DNA of 55,122 nt, filler included, from Trypethelium eluteriae (taxonomy: Eukaryota), in NCBI GenBank assembly GCA_051942245.1. It is 2 parts of 2 records of this genome, joined end to end, with 100 filler letters (N's around TTAATTAATTAA, not from the genome) between each part and the next. Parts side by side here need not be neighbours in the genome. Positions count along the whole stretch, not along the records: positions 1 to 27,529 come from JAVECL010000332.1; positions 27,630 to 55,122 come from JAVECL010000333.1. The stretch is one strand, 5' to 3'. A program made the position numbers and the translations under genes. Position 1 is the stretch's first letter. Every line of letters begins with the position of its first letter. Below are positions 22,613 to 34,592 of the stretch, one piece after another. The notes below the pieces were generated by a model. It was not told where the DNA came from and searched no databases. It was given only the letters and a program-made list of their open reading frames with translations.

Positions 22613-25600
22613 ATGGCAGGGAATTCCAACCGCATGTCTCTGTACTCTACAGCTTCCGGGCCCAGTCAACAACCATCCGCTCAAGTCTCGACAACCACTC
22701 TCCTCAACACTCTTCACAGCACATACACCTCCGCTGACCGGCAACCGCTGCCATTGGAAGCAAGCACAAGCTTAGTGGTCAATACATGGAAGACTGCCCT
22801 CGATGTTGGATCCGACGGCCGATTCGGTGGCACAATTGACATCGAACTTGCTCGGAAGTCATGGGAGCATGCCAGAAGAAGAGCAGAAGATGGCTGTATC
22901 GTTCTAGGGTAGGAAAGCTCGTCTTCAGTCGTAGATATCTGCTGATCTTATAGGTCTCTTCACAACTCCACTCCTTCGTTGCTCGCACCTTTCGTCTCAG
23001 CCCTACCCCTCGCTGTCCCTACATCCTTCTACACAGCTCTCAGTGTTATCCGGCCGTTCGTACATTGCGTTACACCTACAAACCCTTCGAAACCTCGCTA
23101 CTCCTCTCTTGCTGCTACCCTTTCTCTCAACTTGGCCGGTGAACTCACAGGTGCCTCTTTGGGTCTGTCCTCATCCGGCATTGATACATCGGCCGGGCTC
23201 CTCAATGTTCCCGGGCAAGCTGGTTACAGAGCATTCGATGTCTTCTACTATCTGCTTACCAGCGCCTCGACTCCTGCTGAACGGGAGTTCCTTGGCCTGA
23301 AGGGTCCATCGGCGTACACATTATTACGAAGGAGTGATACTTATAGCCCTCCATCTTTCCTGCCAACCGCTGATGATGCAGCCTCTGCTGAAGATTTCAG
23401 GGAAAACCTGAGGAGTATTGGAATCAAGGGTGCATCACAACGGAACATGCTCTCCGTCCTTGCAGGTCTACTAAAGCTCGGGGATACTCTTGGCTTCCTT
23501 GTCGATGAAGATGTTCTTGAGAGTGTCTGTGAAGATGTCTCCGGCCTTCTTGGCCTGGACCCTGAGATTCTCATGAAGAAATGTGACACAATGGATCGCG
23601 AAGTCCTCGTTGCTGCTCTGTACGAAGCACTCGTCGACTGGGTGGTGTCCAAAGCCAATGCAGCCATCCGATCAGAAATCCGAAGAGGTGGGCTTCCGTC
23701 CAACAGCAGTGAACCAAGCCGGTCTGGCGCCGCAACGCCAAGATCAAGCGAAGAAGATGTCGATACCGTCAGTATCACTGTTGTCGACATTCCCGGGCAA
23801 GACTTAGGAAAGGCCGTGGCGCTGCGAACAATCTTCGATGATTCCGTCGGCATCAATGCGGAGATGAAGGAAGACGGTGTTGAGGTCATCCCTGCCGGTC
23901 ATTCTGTCATCAAGGAAGCAAAGGCAGCAATCACTGACTGCGAAGCCGATCTAGGCATCCCAGGCGGCCCATCTGCTCGCGATCGAGAAGTTGAGCGAGA
24001 CCGTCGTCAGGGTTTGCTCGACAAGGTTGGTAGCGAACTCGATGACGATAATTTTCTTCAAAAGATACTATACCCAGTCGACGGTGAAGGCATCTTGCTT
24101 GGCAAGACTGGCCGTTTTGACCTTCCCAGTGTTCTAGGCAGCAGCAGGGTGTGGTTCCAGCTCTGTCTGCATCCGACGGATGAACCTCCTGTGAACATTG
24201 CCAATTCGGTAACTCCGGCATGGTCCGCGGCGTCCGTCTCTCGTCAACTGCGTGCTTGGCGGTTGCCAGAGTGGGCGAACCGAAGAAATAAATTGCTCGA
24301 CTTCACTGCCGACTTTGACATCGATGAATTCTGCACCAGATACGCTCGTCTTGGTTGCCATGATGGGAGAGAAGGGGTGGAGTCATGGATCATGGAGCGC
24401 GGCTGGAGCAATGGCGAAGTTGTTGTCGGTCACGACCGTGTCTGGATTAGGGAAAGTGCTTGGTGGGAGGCTGAGACTATGCTCGACTCAGCTTCTGAGA
24501 TGCAGCAGAGCGGTATGCTTGGAGGAATCGGTGATGGCGCTCCTGCAAGCGGTTACTCTGTCATGAGTCCAGGTCTCGGCAACAACAGCGGCTTCTTTGG
24601 TCAACCTTACAACGACAGTCCAGAAGGCAGTCGTGAGAATCTGCTGCACCAGTCGACCATAGGTGCTCGTAGCGTCCTCGGCGGCCGCTCTCTGGCTCCC
24701 ACCAATGCCCAAACCATGCGCAGCGCCAGCGCCGGCGATTATGGCTTAGGTACCAAAGGTGATGATAAGTATAAGAACGTGTCCTACTATGGCGAGCTTG
24801 AAGAGGGTGAGAATAAGACTGTTCAAGAAGAACCTGTAGAAACTTCTCGACGAATTTGGGTGGCCTTCGTATGGGCTCTGACATTCTGGATCCCCTCACC
24901 GGCCCTTCGACTAATTGGTCGAATGAAACGACCAGATGTACGCATGGCTTGGAGAGAGAAGCTTGTCCTCGTTGCCTTGATCTTTCTCCTGAACGGCATA
25001 ATCGTCTTCTGGATTATTGGCTTTGGACGCGTGCTCTGCCCCAACTTTGACAAAGCCTGGAGCAATTCCGAGGTTGCGACACATCAGGGCGGTAACGACT
25101 TCTGGGTCAGTGTTCACGGCAAGGTCTATGATATTTCCAAATTCTGGAAAACCGATCATAGTGATACACCCAGTATGCCTGTCAGCGACTCGAACATGCA
25201 GCCGTTCGCTGGCATGAATTTGGATGAATATTTCCCTGTTCCCCTTACCATTGCCTGTCCAGGCCTTGTTAATGATCAGAGTATCTGGCTCTCTCCAAAT
25301 AATACCGTCCTATACCCGAATGGCGTACACTATACCGGTCCTTACAAGCAGCCAATTGTGAATACCGCACTACACAGCATCGATTGGTACCCGAATGTCT
25401 TCCAGCCAGCAATGAAACAATTTTACAAGGGCGACCTAGTTCAGGACGCCGCAAATGTCTCGTCCCAAGGCCAGAACGATAATCACGACTGGTTCATCAT
25501 TAACGATAACGTCTACGACTTGACGGACTACTTTTACACCATTAAGCAGAATCCACAATGGGCATTCTTCGGCGATGACGTCAAATCCCTTGTCACGCAA

Positions 25601-27529
25601 AACGCAGGCCAGGATCTCTCGAATCAGTGGTTCAGCAAACTCAACAGCACCTTTGCTCACAATTCCCTCAATTGCTTGAACAATGCTTTCTACGTCGGCA
25701 AGAAGGATTTCCGGAAGACTGCTCGTTGCCAAGTCAACGGCTATCTTCTACTCGCCTTCGCCATCGTCCTCTGCGCCGTCATCCTGATCAAGTTTCTGGC
25801 TGCACTCCAGCTCGGATCCAAGCGCCGTCCGGCTCAACAAGACAAGTTTGTCATCTGTCAGGTCCCAGCGTACACAGAAGGTGAAGATCATCTTAGAAAA
25901 GGTCTCGACTCACTTGCTTCATTATCCTATGACAACAAGAGGAAGCTCATTTGTGTTATCTGTGATGGTATGATTGTTGGTGGTGGTAATGATAGACCCA
26001 CTCCAAAGATCGTCCTCGATATTTTGGGCGTCGATCCCAAGATTGACCCGCCAGCACTTCCTTTCAGATCTGTTGGCCAAGGATCTGACCAGCTCAATTA
26101 CGGCAAAGTCTACTCCGGTCTCTACGAATATGAAGGCAATGTCGTTCCATATCTCGTTATCGTCAAGGTCGGCAAAGAATCCGAGCAAAGTAAGACCAAA
26201 CCTGGCAACCGCGGTAAACGAGACACGCAAATTCTGCTCATGAGCTTCCTAAACCGTGTCCACCACCGAGCACCCATGTCGCCTCTTGAGCTTGAGATGT
26301 TCCATCAGATCAACAACATTATCGGCGTAGACCCCGAGCTCTACGAGTATATGTTTATGGTCGATGCCGATACGATGGTCAAGGAAGATGCCCTCAACCG
26401 ACTGGTTGCGAGCTGTGCCAATGACTCAAAGATTGCGGGTATCTGTGGCGAGACCAGCTTGGACAATGAAGAGCGCAGCTGGTGGACTATGATCCAAGTC
26501 TATGAATACTACATCTCCCATCATCTGGCCAAGGCTTTCGAGAGTCTGTTCGGTAGTGTTACTTGTTTGCCTGGATGGTAAGTGATCTCCTCAGAGCTAG
26601 TTAATTTTCATAGCTGACAGCGTTGTGCAGTTTCTGCATGTACCGCCTAAGGACTGCTGACAAAGGGCGTCCATTGATCATTTCGGACAAGGTTATCGAA
26701 GAGTACAGTGATCCAAAGCTAGATACTTTGCATAAGAAGAATCTGCTCGCACTTGGTGAAGATCGTTATCTTACCACACTGATGACCAAGCACTTCCCAG
26801 CTATGTCTTACAAATTTGTCCCAGATGCGTACGCGCTCACAGCAGCCCCTGAGACGTGGAGTGTTCTGCTTTCCCAGAGACGTAGGTGGATCAACTCGAC
26901 ACTTCACAATTTGGCCGAATTGGTCTTTTTGCGAGATCTGTGTGGATTCTGTTGTTTCTCCATGCGATTCGTCGTCTTCATTGATCTTTTCGGAACTCTC
27001 ATCCTGCCAGCGACCTGCGCTTACCTAGTTTACATCATCTATGTCGCCGCCTCTCACTCGGGTCAATTCCCCATCATCTCGATTGTTATGTTGGCTGCAG
27101 TCTACGGTCTTCAAGCCGTCATCTTCATCATCAAACGACAATGGCAACACGTCGGCTGGATGATTATTTACATCCTTGCTTTCCCTATCTACAGCTTGGT
27201 CCTTCCCATCTACTCCTTCTGGAACCAAGACAACTTCTCCTGGGGTAACACCCGTATCGTCATCGGCGAAAAAGGTGCGAAACAACTCGTCGCCGTCGAA
27301 GACGAACCCTTCGACCCCCGCTCCATCCCCCTCCAACGCTGGGATGACTACGCCTCCGCCAACAACCTCCCCGGCCGCCGCGGCATCGCCCTCGGCATGA
27401 ACTCCACCGCCGACGCAAAGGGCGCCTACGAAGACGGCTACGAAATGGACGACATGCGCTCCATGTACTCCTCCGTGAAGCCCGCCTCCACCATCCTCAC
27501 CGGCTTCCCCGGCGCCCACAACCCGCACC
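22613..27529 (+). CDS. csmB: Class VII chitin synthase with degenerate myosin motor-like domain; 3' end lost in the assembly gap
   Basis: Short myosin-like domain without P-loop ([26 protein letters not shown]), cyt-b5-like domains, [23 protein letters not shown]. Introns 22909-22953 and 26578-26630. Head-to-head with the class V gene, as established for this pair. Confidence 0.95.
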
Positions 27530-27629
27530 NNNNNNNNNNNNNNNNNNNNNNNNNNNNNNNNNNNNNNNNNNNNTTAATTAATTAANNNNNNNNNNNNNNN
27601 NNNNNNNNNNNNNNNNNNNNNNNNNNNNN
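27530..27629. other. Artificial scaffold gap: 44 N + TTAATTAATTAA + 44 N
   Basis: Exactly 100 nt, with a central palindromic linker (27574-27585) that puts stops in all six frames. True gap size unknown. Confidence 0.97.
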
Positions 27630-28195
27630 CCCCCCAAACCGGTACCTTCGGCCCCGGCCAAGGACGCGCCGGCGAGCACCCAATCCGCCAGCCTCGCGGC
27701 CCACCACCCCTCGACGAGCTGAAAGAGAAGCCCACCGCTCGCTTCGAAGGCAGCAAGAACTTCGCGACCCGCCAGCGCCGCCGCGCCTTGCACAGTCTCG
27801 TCCGTGCAGGGCTCGAGCGCAACAACAACGGCGGCATCCGCGGTGTCGTCCGCACGGGCAGCGGCAGTCTCGATGGGGACGCGTTGACCATGAGCACGCC
27901 GACGAGCGAGAAGGACGCCATGTTTGGGTCGTCAGGGAGCGACAATGAGTCCGAGGGGCGCAGCAGCAGTGTCAGCTCGCGGCCCAGCTTGGTGAGCTTG
28001 GGGAGCGCACACGGTGCTATCGGGAGCGAAGTCAAGGAGGCGAGTCGGAGTCGCGAGCGGGTCTGGCGCTTGAAGGATAATCTGGCGGCGACTGCTGCTG
28101 CGAAGCAGGAGGAGAATCATGAGGAAGGAGCGAGGAGAGCACCGATGTTGGTATTGACCACGGCGGCGGAGAAGAGGAAGACTGGTGGGCTTTGA
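27630..28195 (+). CDS. 3' portion of a conserved fungal hypothetical protein (5' part in the gap)
   Basis: Open frame from 27632: HPIRQPRGPPPLDELKEKPTARFEGSKNFATRQRRRALHSLVRAGLER...RAPMLVLTTAAEKRKTGGL*. It does not resemble the DEK-like tail expected for CsmB, so it is a different gene. Confidence 0.65.
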
Positions 28196-29426
28196 ATTCG
28201 CTTGGAGGAACCTAATTTGAGGGATATTCGTGGAGGACGACATTATGGGATATGGAGGGCGGAAATGGCAATAGATATGTGATGGTCCCATGGCGAGGGC
28301 AGTGCCTGCGTCACTGAAAGACTGTCAACACTCCTTCATGGTTTTTTCTTCTGTGCCATAGGTGCAATGCGTTCGGTGGTGGGAGGCTATGGAAAGGAGA
28401 TGCGGATGTGTTATTGGATGTTTCCAGTGTGACTGCTGTTCTGTCTTTCTCTCTGCGATTTCGGTTCTGTTCCCTGTTTATAAGACTCATGACCCTTGCT
28501 ACGACAACCCCTGTGTTTCTACATACATTTTTCCTCTCCATTGCCTAGGTATCCCAGCAGGGATCCTACTCTATTACAGTGCTGCTTTTCCTTATTTTAA
28601 TTGAAAAAAGATCAAAATCGGACATTGCGTTGTTCCTTATTCTTTTCTCTACTTTCGTTAAATGGGCTGGCTGTGGTATGGTCTTTCCATGGTCACGTTT
28701 GATTGAATTCCTTTTAGTGCATGGTGGTTACCTAAGTTGCTCAAACACTGATACAAAGCGTCGGAACCGGGGACTCAAGGGGATGGGTTACAAGGAGCAG
28801 GGGGGCTCATCGGATCAATGCAGAGGAGTTCGATGGGCAACCACGAGCTGGACTCACGTTTTACGGAGGAATCGAGTTAGGACGGGATGGGATTCGAGTG
28901 GTGCGAAATGTGTGATCTACTAGATCGAGAATGAAATGACAACACTCATTCAGAACAAAAGATGATACTCCCTAGCGCTTCATTCAGTGGTTCAAATTTA
29001 CGTCTCTGATGTGCCAATTTCAAGCCCACCTGATGCCCACTTCACAACGGACCTTCTAAGCACACTGGCACGACCGCTGCCTGAGAACATCGAGACAGGA
29101 ATTCGAGAAGTGAAAGGCTTGTGGCGAGGCCAGATTGAAGCATAGTGCGCAAAAGGGTTCTTTGGTAAAGCATTATGGTGTCCAAACTCTTACTCTCTTA
29201 TTGCTTTTTCAGTCTCTCATTTTCCTTCTTACAGAAACCTTTCATGCCATTTATACTGCCTGGGATCCTAACCCGATAAGAAGTTCAGACAGAATCCTGT
29301 TGTTCCCGCGGGACGAGGACGACAAGTTGGGTGTCGTGACATGCGAGGACATAACTACCTATAGGCTCAGAGACACTGATCCTTCTCATGTAAACTCAAA
29401 GACCGAATGGTACTTACAGCTTTGGT

Positions 29427-29804
29427 TCAGAAATCTTTCCAGTCCATATTGCGCCGGGTGTCACTGTACTCTTTCATTCGACACCTAATCTCCTCGCAAG
29501 AAAACGTTAGAACACTTTCAGGCCTACCCAAACTCCTCGGGCTGCAGTCTGGCATGGCGAATTGAGACGACGTAGGGCTAGGCACAGCACCTGAATCAAA
29601 AGTCATGCACGCCCTGACCCAGGACTTGAATGCATATCGTGCCTGTGGTAGCTTCCCCACGATGATCGAAAACTCATGGGGCATGCCTTGGTATTCGTTC
29701 CAGAGTACTGTACGCTCGCCCCGGTCTTCGATACCGCCGCAGGACGGATGCGTCACGATATTCGGCAGGATTGCTAAAGCTGTTCGCCATCTGTAAGCTG
29801 GCAA
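29427..29804 (-). pseudogene. C-terminal fragment of an alpha/beta-hydrolase (esterase/lipase) gene
   Basis: GERTVLWNEYQGMPHEF resembles the catalytic-His segment of HSL-family hydrolases. No upstream HGG or GDSAG exons were found. Confidence 0.45.
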
Positions 29805-31406
29805 ATTATTAGTGAATCTTCACTCTTCATTCACTCTCCAATACTAATACGTACTACAAGCTTGCCTTCACGGATGTACAGAATGGGTGTTCCAGAATCG
29901 CAGTCAGCATCTGAAGTCTGTAGCTTCTAAAGCTCGGGTATCTGAGGTCCGGTACTACGACTCTGGAATGCCCTTAGTACTTTCGGAGTTTTCCAAAGCA
30001 CATCTCGCGTCTGGCAATACAATAATACAATACGTCCATTGCTTCACACTGTTTCATTGACCGTGAGGCGTATTCATGTAGGGCGCTTGTCCTAGCTCTC
30101 GGAGCAATCCAAACGTATTATGAGCGGAGCCTACTCACCACCAAGTCAAGCCTAGAGATTCCATGGATTTCCACTATATCTGGCTTCTTGATTCTCTTCA
30201 ACAGGGTCGTTATAGGACCTTTGTTCAACCACTAATACAACCGTCAGCTGCTGTTATGTGGGGGTGTTCTCGAAGTGGTGGGGCTCATGATGACAAGTCT
30301 GGGAAAGGAGTATTATCAGTTCTTTCTGTCCTAGGGAGTCTGCGTTGGTGTAGGAGATGCGATGTGCGTGCCTAGTATAGCTGCCTGTGCTGTAAGTCTC
30401 GACATGAGGACTCGACGGAAAATCATGGGAATTGTGGCATCAGGTAATGGGATGTGCAATGCTCGCTGGATCGTTGTTGAGGATATTGCTTCAGCTAATG
30501 AGTCCTAGGAGGAGTCGTCTACCCCATCATCTTCCGGTATCTTCAAGTGAGAAGTGGCTTCCCTTGTACAGTCCGGACTATTGCGTTTGTGGTGTTATTG
30601 ATATACCGTTCTTTCGTTAAAGTTGAGTGCTTCCGGTATTTTCCCAAGTTACCATACACGTTTGATAGAACAACCCCCAATTGCGCCGCTTCTACATTCA
30701 TATTCAGCTTTATGCATTGATTATTCTATGCAGTTACATGTATGCTTCCGACTCCTGACGCTCCCTATGTAAGACGCATATCTCAACAAGTCGGACCTGT
30801 TCAGTCCACTTTCTTTGCGCACATTTCATTGAAAGAAGTTTTCAAGTTCGTGTTCTGCATCAACAGTCCTCTCTAGATAGCTTTCGTGGCCCATCTAAGA
30901 GGTAGTCATAAGCATCTGAAATGTATTTCTGCTAGTAACAGCCTCAAAGCCACTCTTAGACTTGAGTAATATGGTCAGCGGTCATAACAAGTTACAACGG
31001 GAACAAGTTGGAGGATCTCTACAAGAGCTATATCGTAGGTACATGTGCGTTCTTTTCGGTCCATATTCTGACTAATTGTATGATGTGGAAAGGGTGCTGA
31101 CAGTCTGTAGAGTTCTGCTCTTGTATGTATAAATGATAGTTCGCATCTAATCAAGTAAGGCGCAAAGTCCAGCTTGTGCACGTGCAAAAGATTGATTATA
31201 GCCAAAATAGCGCAATCAATCTGCAGACCAGCTCATGCATATACAAATGAAAGTCCATATCTGCAACATGCCATGACAGTCTATAGAGTCCTGCTCATAC
31301 ATATCTGAAGGATAACCCGTCTCCCAAACGAGTGCTAGTAGTCGGTAAAGGTCGGCTCATGCCTGCATCGCTCACAAGCGATGATGCCTTGAAAACTCGT
31401 CACAAA

Positions 31407-31872
31407 TTATGAAGGTGGTGCGCACTGGCCGTCATTCGGGTCGGCACTGGTCAACAATCGGTTAGTCATTATTGAAATTCAACGAGTGCCAAGTCATGGT
31501 ATATGGAAAATCGTACGTGTATTCCCAGTTTCCATACGTAGTTGTACCACCATTATCGCATTCATTGACCTGTTTCTGTAAGCCATCGTAGCATTCATCA
31601 GCCGCGATGGTTCGCGCGACAACGTCAGGGCGCACCCTGAGATCGAAATTGACCATCTTGCCGCTGCTTAGATTGTAGCACTTGGCGCGGATGTCATTGG
31701 GTTGACAGGTGCCGATGAAGTCTCCTTGGCAGACTTCCGTAGCATAGCTTTGTGCAATGGCTCTCTGCGCGCCCCAATTGGCGCCGCTGTTGAAGCAATC
31801 GGTGCGCTTTTCGAGAACAGCGCTAGAAGCCATGCCGGCGGCGAGAGTAGTAAGGAAGATTCACATATGCAT
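31407..31872 (-). pseudogene. Y3-like small secreted Cys-rich glycan-binding protein with a premature stop in the signal peptide
   Basis: ATG CAT ATG TGA ATC TTC CTT... = MHM*IFLTTLAAGMASSAVLEKR|TDCFNSG...CYDGLQKQVNECDNGG...WEYT, intron 31447-31516, ADPNDGQCAPPS*. The C-terminal DPNDGxC and Cys spacing recall Coprinus comatus Y3. TATA at ~32020. Confidence 0.65.
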
Positions 31873-32795
31873 GTTGAAGATGATTGTGATCGAGAGATTG
31901 AGTGTGATGAAAGTAGATGTTCAAGTAGGTTCCAGGAAGATTTCGAGTAGATGCAGTTGTGGTGAGCACAGTAGATGTTGTTGTTTCTGCTGATGTGGAT
32001 GAAGAGATATGGCTGACTTATATATTCAGAGAGGTCTTCCAGCTTAATCTGTGTCTTGTGGAGGTGCTCTGCACTTCTTACTCGTTGTTAACAGACTCCA
32101 TTGAAGATCACACACCTGTCTCGAACTTCGCAGGTGAGTTAATCCTGAGCAAACATCTGGCATTCACAGAGGTCCTGCAACAGCTTCTCTCGTGATCTGT
32201 TCAAGATGGTTCTCATGATTAATTTGGCATATGTATGCGGTTGGCAGGGCTAGAGATCCAAAAAACGTCACGGTGACGGAACACTGACGATGCTATTAGC
32301 AATAGCCAGCATGCTTCGAACACATATACGAGCGCCCTCTTTTAGGCACTATACGCATGATGAGCCTCGTCGATCATGAAGTGTTGGATGCAGTTTGGCT
32401 CTTCGATGCAAGGCCCGAATGTAGGTAGGATTTGTTGAGGTAAGCAATGAGCCGTGGGTCTAATAACGAATATAGACGGAATAATACCTTAGTGTTCAGC
32501 TTGGCGCATCGACGAGTTGCAAGAAAAGCTAGAGGCCAGGGCGGTACGAGGTTTCGAAGCGCGATGTACATCAAGTAGAACCGCACAGGCCAATGGTTCC
32601 AATGAGTCAGAGAAGCCTGTATTTCAGATCCTCACTATTTTGAGAGTTGTCATGTCTTGGTTCAGTCTATGCCCCCATAATCATTCCCGGACAAATGTCA
32701 TAGATCATATTACCCCACTGGGTATAGGTAGGTAAAATCTGATATCCTATCATGGCCATTTCCGTTCTGTGTCTCTCCACTTCTAAATACATTGT

Positions 32796-33224
32796 CTATT
32801 GTACATCTTCCCAAGTCTTTTTGAGCTTGTCTCGCTTAAGCTGGGAGGACTCAGGGTCATCCTCCATCGCCTTGAGAGACCGAGCCTTTGTCTCATCATC
32901 CAGAGGAGGTGGCAGGAGGCTTTTTTCGGGATGAAACCACGCTTCTTTGGATACTTTGGTCCCGTCGGCGCTCTCGTAATCGGCTTTGTTCATGATACCA
33001 GGAGGTATGCGCTTTAGGAGCGCCGCGCATAGAGAAGGCTTTAGCCCTATAGCGTCCACAACATCACGGTCGGCCGTCAACGACCGCAACACTCCATCCT
33101 TGCCTAATGAAATACATCCTAAAAGAGATATATCTTGTTTGAGATGCTCGAGGAGGGCGCTGAGCTCTTGTTGCTCTGGGTCCGTCTTTTGCCAGTCGGG
33201 TGGCTCGCATCGATTTGATGTCAT
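32796..33224 (-). CDS. 142-aa hypothetical protein, no signal peptide, GxDGVLRS-domain family
   Basis: Intact single-exon ORF with TATAAA about 115 bp upstream; motifs ISLGKDGVLRSL...VVDAIGLKP and ADGTKVSKEAWFHP. Confidence 0.75.
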   Translation of the reverse strand: MTSNRCEPPDWQKTDPEQQELSALLEHLKQDISLLGCISLGKDGVLRSLTADRDVVDAIGLKPSLCAALLKRIPPGIMNKADYESADGTKVSKEAWFHPEKSLLPPPLDDETKARSLKAMEDDPESSQLKRDKLKKTWEDVQ

Positions 33225-34592
33225 ATTAGCTGTCTGGGGTGATTCCTGACTCGTTTGCTCCTGACTGTGCTAAAGATGTCTGTCGATTTAGAATAATGAA
33301 GCGGAAAACTGATTCTGCTCAAAGAATAGTGACGCATCATTTATATGTAGTTGTACGATAGAGTAGGCTGCGGAAGTGCCAGCATTTGGCCCCGACGCAC
33401 GGCCTGCCACACTGATAAGCCCAATGTCCAAACTTCACGGCATAAAGTAAGATGACGCGTCTCAGAAATGAGACTAGAGGAGTTAATACGAGCTAATAAA
33501 CATTCACAGGTTCATCGGTTGGCTTGCCGCGCAGCTTATCAGAAAGCTGGCTGGCTCTGAAGCTGACTAATTGAACCCTGCCTGTTCCTCTTTGAGGACG
33601 AACTGTCATGCGGTATCCTAGTGCTCACCATGGGCTTTAAAGATACCATTCACGAAGTTTTGGGCGTATACGTGGGCCTTAAGAGCCAAGAAACGGGATA
33701 TTCACGGATCCTACGATGGATGCGGTCATCTGCTGCCCTCTTGCATGAATGTTATGGCCTGTATCCTGCTCGAGTCAGCTCAGGGCGACTATTCAAGAGC
33801 TCCCTGGATACTGATCGGCCAAAAGGCTCCCATTTGCGGTAAAACATCTGATGACTGAGAAATCCGGCTACTCTTCAGAAGGTAATATGAGCGTTCTGGG
33901 GAAACCCACGGTATCTTCCAAATATAGGTCGTACAAGCATCTTCATGGTCTTGCCAGCCTTACCGTGCATTGGGCATGTCATTCCGTTAAAACGATATAT
34001 CAGAAGTACGTTACAACGTCAGTATAGTAGCTGTGTCTGCTGAAACTGTAGACATATGTCGACAGGTCATTTGGCCGTAATCCTACATAGGATCAGGTAT
34101 AGTTGCTTGGACGATGATTGAAAAGCTGAGTTCATCTGTGAATTGCCCTTGACCGCTCGGTCCATCTATTCCAATCCTTCATCGTGGGATATGGTCAGCT
34201 TGTTGTGGGTCAGAATCTCCATTGCGCAAGAGATCCTTACTGAAGCGAAGGAGTTGTTATTCGATGAAGATCGATTTCCAACTCGGACTTCACTTCGAGA
34301 CAAAGTCACCGAAGAGTTTTGACGTCACTTGTAAAGACGTGTATGAAGACGTAGAGAGTCAGTGCAATGAGCATCATCTACAGTTCTTTCAAGGGTGTTA
34401 TCTTGCCTTTAACATGAGGACAAGTTTCTACTCTTTGATAAGCCGTAGCCAGCAATATATAACCCATTATTTTTGCTGCTTTTTCTCGCCAGAAACAAGA
34501 CTTCAGACTACAGCATCATCTGCTCAAAGCACACTTTCTTCAAGACAACTCTCCTAATCAACCCTTAGTAAAGCAATATCATTATAATCACA

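Noticed and set aside
14933..27529. Head-to-head csmA/csmB arrangement and missing P-loop in CsmB as a novelty
   Set aside because: Well-established features of class V/VII chitin synthases in filamentous ascomycetes.
27574..27585. Palindrome TTAATTAATTAA between N runs
   Set aside because: Artificial six-frame stop linker, not biological.
33621..34557. Short ORFs between the divergent paralogues
   Set aside because: No recognisable motifs or splice structure; multiple stops in every frame.
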